Positions 55,472 to 64,000 of a stretch of DNA of 64,000 nt are shown one piece after another. How positions within the stretch are numbered: position 1 is the first letter of the stretch; each line of letters starts with the position of its first letter. The notes under the pieces are model-generated. The model was not told the DNA's origin. It saw only the letters and a list, made by a program, of their open reading frames with translations, and did not search any database. A program made the translations under genes and the position numbers. Source of the stretch: Paraspadella gotoi (Eukaryota > Animalia > Chaetognatha); contig CM119269.1 of the NCBI GenBank assembly GCA_051294375.1, forward strand, positions 10,894,883 to 10,958,882. The letters run 5' to 3'.

Positions 55472-56543
55472 ATCAGATCCACGAGTCGACGACTTTATCT
55501 TCAAAAATTGTGAAGCCTTTGACTTCGATTTTTGGATCAAAGGGGCCGTTGATAGCATACAGCATTTGCTCCCGGAGAGATAATGCAATGGCGAAAACAA
55601 GGCCATTTGATGAAACCAATTTGATGACCGTCGAGCGAGTTAAAAACTAATGATCAAGTTCTCGCGATCGGCGACGTACTGTTTGTTTTTGCCGTTGTCG
55701 AGAGCCAAACTGTGACGATACTGAAAAATGCTATTAATATAGGTTATTATCCTTATTTTCATGAATGAACGTCCGTCAGGACTGAATTTAAGCACTCGAT
55801 TCTTGATTTCAACGTTAAGCGGTTTGCTGAAGTGTTGGTCGTCTAATCCAGGGACGAACTTCTCGCCCAGGTTTAATACGGGCGTAGACCACGAAAATCT
55901 TGAATACTTCAAGACCTGGTGAGTCCCGATATCTGTGAAATAAACGGCGCCATCGTGATCGACTGTGATACCATGAGGCAAGTAAAACTTGTTTGCGCCA
56001 GTTGCGTGCTTGATTTGCCCGGTCTTATGATCTACTATTAGAATGGTATTCTGCGAAATGGGCGTTCTATATTTTTCGGACAATATGAAGTTCGAGTCAA
56101 AAATGTGTAGTGTGGCGGTATATTCACACCGTCTCATGTCCATCATCGTTCAGCCAATACCATTGGCTCAGACGTGGAACACACCATTCCAGGCGTTGTG
56201 TTCCATCCACACTTCACAGTCCTAACGACTTCCCTCTGCGTTTGGCAAACTGGCGTAACTGAGGGTCGGAAGCCCCCAAAGCCAACAGTGAGATGCCCCA
56301 TCCCAATGGGTATCATAGGCAACCCGGCTGTTGCCATAGTAGACTCAATCTCCTGTTGCCCCGATGAAAGACGAGAAGGTCGTCTCCCGGAGTTTCCGCC
56401 ACGCCGCTCACTGGGCCGAGCGTCACGCCCGTAACGATGAGATTAGAAATGAAGATCAAATTGGTCCCAGCTCCGGAAATCGAGATAAATAACAAAAAGA
56501 AGTTGGCGAAAAAAAACGGCTCGGTGGAGCCATCATGCCCCAA
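55472..56543 (-). pseudogene. Intronless peptidyl-alpha-hydroxyglycine alpha-amidating lyase (PAL; NHL-repeat domain of PAM) pseudogene
   Basis: LGPVSGVAETPGDDLLVFHRGNR / FDSNF...ILIVDHKTG...GANKFYLPHGITVDHDGAVYFTDIGTHQVLK...PGLDDQHFSKP...NRVLKFSPDG...HSLAL...VADREN / VFAIA...MLYAINGP match PAL. It has no introns, is interrupted by a 228 bp insertion, lacks the V(S/A)DGYC segment and has frameshifts near 55640 and 55605. Confidence 0.85.
56111..56338. mobile_element. 228 bp interspersed element (solo-LTR-like) inserted in the PAL pseudogene
   Basis: 4 bp TSD GTAG (56107-56110, 56339-56342); ends TGTGGC...GCCATA; a related inverted copy lies at 61639-61883. Confidence 0.75.
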
Positions 56544-56759
56544 ATTCAGCTACGGCTTGATTTATCTTAATAAAATAATCAAAGCATTATTTTTATGTGT
56601 TTATTATTTTTTGTTGTTGTTGTTTTTTTGTGTTTTGTTTTCTGGACAGAAAAACAAGGTAGTTGAAGTAGTTTGGTCGTCAAAAATGGCAAGATTAATC
56701 CAAACAAAAAACGAAGAATAACCGCATCGCAGTAGTCAGATGTTTAGTTCGATAGCTGA

Positions 56760-57060
56760 TGAGTCATTCGTGATTGACGTCGCCGTCAACATCTGGAGTC
56801 GGGCGAGAGGGATTGCGGCTGAGAAGGAGGGCAGCCTTACCCTTCATCGGTAAAATGTTTAGTTTTTCCCGAAAATAGTAAGACGCAGTGTTTGTCCAAT
56901 GTGTGAAAAACTCCGCGGTCCGTCGTCCGCTGCGGAATAAATCACAACAAAGATTCGAATCGGTGATTCTGCGTGAAGGCGAACGGTGGCGCTGTGAGGA
57001 AGGGAATAGCGGGAAACGCTAACAAGAGATCATCGCATTTGTTTTTGGTAAGTTTAGGTA
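56760..57060. promoter_or_regulatory. Possible bidirectional promoter / non-coding first exons between BMI1 (-) and the GPR158-like gene (+)
   Basis: CpG-rich patch with divergent strong donor sites: minus-strand GG|GTAAGG at ~56840 and plus-strand TG|GTAAGT at ~57048. Inference only. Confidence 0.3.
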
Positions 57061-57139
57061 AGGTCAGAGCTGTGGAACTGGCGCAACTTGGGACATATTA
57101 AACGGTTGATAACAATTATTTATTTATTATATATACTCA

Positions 57140-57710
57140 TTAATAACTTAGGATTTAAATCATTCATTAATGAGAATTTTATTTCATATCAATAATGATA
57201 CAGCAGCATACATAAGCAACAAAATAAACCAAAGAAATAAAAACAGAATTAAGTGGTTAATGTGAAGGAAAACTAAGCTACGAGATCATTTCTATATTTT
57301 CATAGAAATAAGACAAAACTTTATTTTTCGTCAAAGTTAATTGTTTCATGAATCGTTCATGACTAATTTTGAAAATATTATAAATGTCAGGGTAACCAAA
57401 AACATTTTCTAAGGTTTCTGATGCTTTCCCATCGATGCCAGCCAAAGATCTTACGAATTTCGTTATTAATGGCTACATTTAGTTGGTACATATCTTTAAA
57501 ACGAAAGTATTTAACTTCACAGCCATATCGTAGTACTGAGACACAATTACTGTAAAATAATTGTAACAAAACTGCTTCATTTGGTTTGTGTAACGCATTC
57601 AAAATACTATTGGAGGATCTATAAAAGGACATTAGATCAGGTATGGGATCGAAATCAAAATTATTTCCCGATTTTAGGTTAAATCCTGGATATTTCCAAC
57701 TCGTGACTCT
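57140..57710 (-). mobile_element. 5'-truncated non-LTR retrotransposon (LINE) remnant, C-terminal RT region
   Basis: VTSWKYPGF...FYRSSNSIL...VLLQLFYSNCVSVLRYGCEV...LNVAINNEIRKIFGWHRWESI resembles the KYLG...YG.E...RKI post-RT region of LINEs; degenerate. Confidence 0.65.
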
Positions 57711-58216
57711 TAATATTAATAAATATTGATTTAGTTAAGAAAGATTAATGATTTCTATCATTCCTATCATTCTTTAAACTTTGTGCAAGATCATGAAATA
57801 ACTGCTGCGGAAACACTGCTGAAAAATCATCAGCAGTCGCTGGAAAGAATCGGTGGCTGCCGCTCTGCCTTACCACAGGTAGGTCGTTTGGCAGGTTCGG
57901 TCGCTTTGGAAGAAGAATTTGTCCAGTCTTTCTAAAGAGAGCAAGAAGAGGAGGATGAGTGGAAATATTGGAAAAGAGAAAAAACAGGTTTTCCCAAATT
58001 TAAAAAAAAGGAAAGAAGTCTCAGCATCATCGCCTCGCCTTTTTTAAAAAATCCAGCCTATTAAGTAGACTTTTTATAGTATAATATAAATCAAAATATA
58101 ATTTTAGTGGACATGAAAACGAAATACGTAATTCTTTGACAAAGACGCATCAGTATTACGTGGAAAAGAGACAAGAATTGTTCCTTCGACCCGAAGGTAC
58201 ATAAGTAAAAACTAAA

Positions 58217-61200
58217 ATGGCGTCCTCGCGAACTCCGACCGCGACGTCGACTCTGCTAGCGCTGATGACGCTGGCGACAGCATTGACTCTGACCGTGGCG
58301 CAGTTCGAGTGGTTCCAAAAGGACAAATTCGACGAAATTTGGCGCAAAATCCACGTTGTCAACGCCCAGTCCTGTGTTACGGCCAGGTGGGAGCGTTGAA
58401 AAAATGACAAATGAAAAATGAAAAAAATTGGGAATTATTAAATAAATCATTTATCTTTCGGATACATACAAGTTATTCATTCATTCATTCATTCATTCAT
58501 TCATTCATTCATTCATTCATTCATTCATTCATTCCTTCATTCATTCATTCATTCATTCATTCATTCATTCCTTCAATCATTCAATCTTTCTTTCAATTTC
58601 CCTTTTTATCCAGACCCTCGGATCTCGTTCTTCCTATTGACGTCGTCACCCAAATACCCAACGTTAAACGCGCGGAGATTATTCCGTTGAGAAGGAACAG
58701 GACGGGAATAATGCACGTTTATAACACAGGTTGATATGTCCTTTTAAAATTAAAAAAAAGCAAATAAAAAGACAAAGAAGAAATTTATAACAAAAGTTGT
58801 CCAGTTGTAACTTCCTGCGACGTAATAAACCGCGTCGACTAAAGAGAGTGTGATAATGTAGGTGTGGATTAATAAGAGAACCAGGAGAGCGATAAAGACG
58901 ATTACGATTGTTAAGAATACGTAGGAAAAGTCGAAAGGCGGAATCCCTGTTTCTCGGGGAAAGGAGAGGGCCAGGCCCAGCCGACCTGGTCACCTCGCCC
59001 CTCTTCCTCCCCTTCCCAAATCCCCTGCCCTCCTCTCCCTTTCTCCCTCTCTTCCTCTATCTTTCCCCAACCCTTTTTAAACAACATTCTGGCAGCAGCC
59101 TCTCAAGGCACTGTTGTCCGCTACCTAAAACAGTTTTGAGAGTGAGGTAGTCCCTTTCGAGTCAGGTCAAGTCGGACGGCTATTTTAATCGTGAAAACAA
59201 CAACCCTTTACTCTCAGCCATCAACCGCGCCTTTTTCTGGAGCTATGTCCTCCAACGCCTCTACGACGAGCACGAACCAGGGCTACAGTATTACTATCTC
59301 TCTCAGAACGCGGACGTCATGGCTAACAAGGTGAGGCTGGTCAGGGTTACATCGATAGAAAATAGTTTCTTTAAGCAAGTCTTGAACCGTAAGTCCAAAC
59401 GCTGACTTCATTAAGCTCTATTCATTCAATTTAATTCAGTAAAAAAGTAATTGACCTCTCCGTTACCATACATGCTCTTCATTACTTTATAAAATTTTAC
59501 AACGATAAATCGTTCTTTACGAACAATCAACAATAGCCTTCGCGCCCTTTTTGAGCTGAAAGGTGTAAGTGGGTGGGTCGTCGAAAACGGTCGGTGGTGG
59601 AAAGGGCGTCCTCGAAGAGTTCCCCCACAGGCCCTGCAGTTGATCGTCGTCCAAGACTTGGTCCCAGATCCGGAAATTAGCCACCTTGCCCACGAATCTC
59701 TGCATCCGTTGGAAATTGCCCTCTTTGGCGTCTTGTTCTTGCCCGACAACAAAGGCGCCTCCTTCCGGCAAAAACCCTTTCTTCACGTTCCTTTTCTTGT
59801 TGACCAATTGAGCGTCGACGTAGGTCCAACCGTCTCCGCTGACTCCATCCCATCGCATGGTCACTCGTGTCCATCTGAAGATGACAATTCGGGAGTTGAT
59901 GAAGCTTCCCCCTAAACGAAACAACTCTTATCGCTACCTGTTCGTCGCCATCGTGTAGGGAAACTTGTAGTGCTGCGATTGAAAAGCCATCCCGAAGTCA
60001 TCCGGCTTCAATCGAAACTGAAAGTCCACGTGATTGTCGTGATACGAAAAAACGTGAGGATCCGTGACGCCGGACGTCGGCCGCATGAACATCCGAAAGT
60101 CGAGCGTCCAAGCTGAGAGCGACATCGGCTTCAACGGACGAAAGACGGCGTAAGCGTCGGGACGATCCACGGGAAACTCGAAACCGCAGATCGGCGAAGT
60201 CCGGGACGACGTCGCGGGGCAACGCCCACCCGGGACGGCGACGACGACGACGTCATTGGTGGAAGACGACGAAGTGACTTCGACATACTCGTTCTCGACT
60301 GTGGAGACGCGAACTGCGAGAACCCTTGACCCCGCGATTGAACAAAGAAGAAATAAGAAATTCCAAATCATATTCTCTCTTTTTTTTCTCGTTTTTATTT
60401 TTTGAGCGAGAGAAGTGAACGTTAGTGAGTTGAGCGGTCGAATGTCGTCTTGTGCCTATCGACGCTCCGGTGAACTTTCACGAGAAAGAGAAAAAAATTT
60501 GTTCGAAAATTGAATAAATAAATTAGTTTTTTTGTATTTTCGAAAACAAAATGTCAAATGAGAAAGATCGATCGAATTATCGTGGCTGAGAATCGGAAAT
60601 AACTTTGCAGGGATATAGATTTTTAGCTTCAATACACGTTGGATTCTTTTCTTTTTTTTACTTAGTAGTCGGAGTATTTAGAAGTATTTACCATTGAATT
60701 TAAATCATTTTTAGTAGACAGAAAATGGTCCCAATTCTCCCACAAGGGATTCGAGTCATTTCTTTGATGATTGACCTTATAAACGACACATTCACCCTCG
60801 GTTTGATTGATTGATTGGTTGATTGATTAATTGTTTTTTACTGATTAACAGATTGTCAATGCCTCGACGCTCATCTTCGACAACAGCTGCTCTTATCCGA
60901 ACTTCTACTACAACTTTTTCAACAAAACCATTCCATTATACGGTCCCAGTTGTTTCCGGGATGACAACGATTACGAGGTAAACTCGACATCAATAATGCC
61001 ATTGATGCCTGGCGGAAATTATCAAAGTCACTTACAAACAAATTGGCAATCAATCAATAATTAAATAAACGGATAAATCAGTCCATCGAATTCCATGAAA
61101 TTTTTTTCCTCAGGACTCCACCAACTGGTTGGGCATCCCCACGATGAAGACCGTCTCTTGCGACGACCTGGGGGCGGGAGTCCAGAACAACTACACCAAC

Positions 61201-63707
61201 CCCTTCTATCGACCAAGGATGAATCCTTGGTACGAGAAATGGCTCCCCGATCTGACCAAGGACGGCACCAAAGCAGTTTACACGATTACGCTGCAGAAGA
61301 CCGATAACAAAACGGGTGAAAGAGCCGAGAATTATGTACCTAATTAAGTACACGTACGATCATTGTACAATGATACAATGATACAATAATGATACAATTG
61401 TATAATGATGTATAAACACTGAAATAAATTTATATTTATAAATCTCAAACCGAACTTCTGCCAGGCGAGTGGCTCAAAGAGGAAAAGTTCAGCGTGTACG
61501 GGCCCCCGGCTCCCGAGGACAACCCCGGTCCGGTCAAGTGGACGGCTCCTTACTTTGACTGCGGTGGATCCAACAAGTGGGTCGTCAGCGCCGTCTCTCC
61601 CATCGTCGATCTTTATCCAAGGTAAAATAATAAATTATTATGGCAACAGCCGTGTTGCCTGTGATGCCCATTGTAATGGGGCAACTCACTGTTGGCTTTG
61701 GGGGCTTCCGACCCTCAGTGACGCCTCCAGTCACTGGCGCGGTTACCCTAGGACGGTCTCGCTTTGCCAACGCAGTTAGGACTGTAGATGGAACACAACG
61801 GCTGGGATGGTGTGTTCCCCCTCTGAGACAATGGGATTGGCTGAACGATTATGGACGTGAGGCGGTGTGAATATACCACCACAGTATAATATCTAAAAAT
61901 CACTTTAAATTTTAAAATTTAAATTTTAAACTTTAAATTTTAAACTTTAAATTTTAAACTTTAAATTTAATCTAATAGTAATTCAGGTAGTAAAGATTAT
62001 GAAGAATTTAAGTAAAATTTGTATTATTGACTAAAATTATTACATTATTGTAGATTATTGCCACTAAAAAATTTTAAAAACTTATCACATGAATAATCTC
62101 GATGATAATGACGATGCTTTTAACAAATTTTTGCTCGTTCACCTTCATGATGAAATTTTTTAAATTTTGTTCATTTTTCAAAAATGTTTTCTCTTAACTA
62201 AATTTAATATTTCTTTCCTTCCTCCCCGTTCCTTAATCGCCTTAGACATCCATGGGCCTTTATCAATGGTGAGAGAATCGAGTGGCGTCACGTTCAATAT
62301 CAAAAATACGTCGCGTTGGCCATCATGAACGTCGACCTCATTAGGATCGACATCAACCAATGTCCCAAGTGAGGCGGATGAGTTGAGACTCAGTGTGATG
62401 AAGTTGAGTTGAATTACGAGGCAAAAAATATATTTCTTTTACGGAAACCATATATATTTCGCAGTTATTAAAATTCTTCTTTTGTTTAATTTATAATCTG
62501 AAAACGTCGTTGATTCTCCGCAGAGACTCCATCCACACAGACGACAACTATTTTGGTGGAACGGCCAAGTGCAAATCCACAACAATGTGCGAACCCATTC
62601 ACGGATACGGCTTCATGAGAGGCGGCTACAAGTCAGTTTAGAAAGGAGGAGGGGAGGGGCTGGGGGCGGAGGGGGGCGTGGCGAGAAAAACAGATGAAGA
62701 TTTCGACAGAGAAAGACGTGCGTGACGACGAAGGCGAAGACGAAGACGACGACGAAGAAGATGACGAAGACGACGANNNNNNNNNNGACGAAGACGAAGA
62801 CGAAGACGATAATGTTATTTCACGAGATCGTAAATCAAAGAGAAACTTCCGCGCGGCGAAGAAAAAATAGTTCCGTCACGCATCGGTTGTCTCCTCTCCA
62901 TGGAGTCTGTCGTTTTATTTAATTCATCGGAGATTATTTTCGAATGTCGAATGAGAGGCGTTCCCTGTTCTTACCTTTCCTCGACTTTTTCCTCTTTTTT
63001 CTTTTTATACTTTTTTCTCCTTTTTTTTTTTCGCGCCAGTGAAAATAGAGTATCGTGGCAAACGACTTCATTAATCATTCCCGAATTAGTTATGCGAGGC
63101 CAACAAAAAAAAAGGCGCGCGAATTAAAAAGAAATAAATTAGAGGCTGGTTTTTGGCAAAGGGTCTACCAGAAAATATCGGTCCATCGATCTCCCGCCCA
63201 GGCCAAGTTAATACGAGTTATGAGGCCGAAGTAGAGGTGGGAATAATTTATCGATGCTTTTATGAGTTGCAGATGTAAAAGGACATAAGTCTTGTCGGTG
63301 TCGTGGCCACTTCAGCATCAAAAAAATTGCGGTCATTCGAGCTTTATGCCTATAACGCTAACTCTTTCTTTAATCTTTTTTTTTTTTTTCAATTTGATTT
63401 TTTTTCCGCAAGGACACTTTATCGCAATGTTCTCTGTCTCTTTTCCTCTCTGACTCTCTCTCTCTCTCACTCTTACATCCCTCACATCTTCTCTCAAATT
63501 GTCCTCTCATTCAGATGCGTCTGCAAGCCGGGCTACCGCTACCCTTTCTTCCAGAAAGGCCCTTTCCTGGGTGAGGTGATCGAACGCGCGACCAACGAGG
63601 AGTACGAGCGGAATTTCGATTGTCTCGAAGTCAGAGACAAATTCGTCATCCCGGATCAGTCGTCGTCGGGACTTAACCCGGATGTCGGTGAGGAGGCCGG
63701 GATGTAA
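58217..63707 (+). CDS. Signal-peptide protein resembling the GPR158/GPR179 extracellular Cache + Cys-rich region (no 7TM within the window)
   Basis: Signal peptide (LLALMTLATALTLTVA) and phase-consistent GT-AG exons 58217-58386, 58614-58729, 59218-59330, 60852-60977, 61114-61315, 61465-61621, 62246-62368, 62524-62631, 63515-(63687 donor or 63707 stop). Motifs VKWTAPYFDCG, IDINQCP, FGGTAKCK, CEPIHGYGFMRGGYKCVCKPGY parallel the GPR158 ectodomain (WSPPYLEC, VDIDQC, FSGTHKC, GLGF.LGAYECICKAGF). Confidence 0.8.
59517..60371 (-). CDS. Secreted pentraxin-domain (LamG-like) protein, two exons, nested antisense in intron 3 of the GPR158-like gene
   Basis: Signal peptide MIWNFLFLLCSIAGS; exons 60371-59938 and 59874-59517 (63 nt GT-AG intron). 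Pentraxin motifs FEFP, LSAWTL, VFSY, W...YVD, GGAFVVGQEQD..EGNFQRMQRFVGKVANFRIWDQVL. Confidence 0.85.
61639..61883. mobile_element. Second, inverted copy of the 228 bp element, in intron 6 of the GPR158-like gene
   Basis: TATGGCAACAGCC...CTCACTGTTGGCTTTGGGGGCTTCCGACCCTCAG...GGTGTGAATATACCACCACA aligns with the reverse complement of 56111-56338. Confidence 0.75.
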
Positions 63708-64000
63708 TAAGAAAACTGTTTCGTCTCGATTTTTAACCCGTTTTTGTTCATTTTTGTTCTTTTTTGTTCCTATTTTTTCTCGACCGAAGTTCACTTCTTT
63801 ATGTCCACTAGTCATTACAATGTCGACAAGGGTAACTTTATAATTTATATATATTTATGAAATTGTTTGATACATTGCTACGTATAGTTTATTAATTGAA
63901 GAATAGTTAAAACCTCATAAAGGGGTGAACCCAAGTCCTATTTCGGATTAACTAGTCAAACGTAGAACACTGACTTTTTTTGGTTGTAAGCTATCCTATC

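Noticed and set aside
55640-56146. 168 aa ORF as a functional NHL-repeat gene
   Set aside because: Its start codon comes from the inserted repeat, the catalytic segment is deleted and homology continues across frameshifts.
56750-56790. CTGATGA-GTCA...TGAC as a hammerhead ribozyme
   Set aside because: No GAAA follows stem II, so the catalytic core is incomplete.
61640-61870. Paralogous small proteins MATAVLP.../MATAGLP... (also 56143-56337)
   Set aside because: The similarity is at DNA level within a repeat, and the frames diverge after an indel.
61900-61970. Regular short repeats as a CRISPR-like array
   Set aside because: Simple AAATTTT/AAACTTT heptamer tandem without spacers, in a eukaryotic intron; no cas genes.

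Overview
Eukaryotic (invertebrate animal) genomic DNA with short spliceosomal introns, many (AG)n/(ACG)n microsatellites and three small N gaps. All gene models below were read and phase-checked by hand. The first ~32 kb has no gene I can identify: it holds microsatellites, MITEs, tRNA-SINE-like heads and a ~5.85 kb tandem duplication that looks like a long-read assembly artefact. The last ~31 kb is a densely nested gene cluster. A 17-exon BMI1/PCGF (Psc-like) Polycomb gene on the minus strand (38132-54930, ~1,396 aa, ~1,150 aa low-complexity tail) hosts two multi-exon antisense genes in its introns. One is an unusual ~534 aa FABP-domain protein with a His12 tract, a long tail and an apparent GG-AG intron; the other is a Gly/Met-rich prion-like protein. 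Also present: a convergent two-TM orphan gene with a PAM2-like motif, an intronless PAL (amidating lyase) pseudogene split by a 228 bp insertion, a LINE remnant, a hAT MITE carrying a hammerhead-like motif, and a GPR158-ectodomain-like secreted gene hosting an antisense pentraxin gene.
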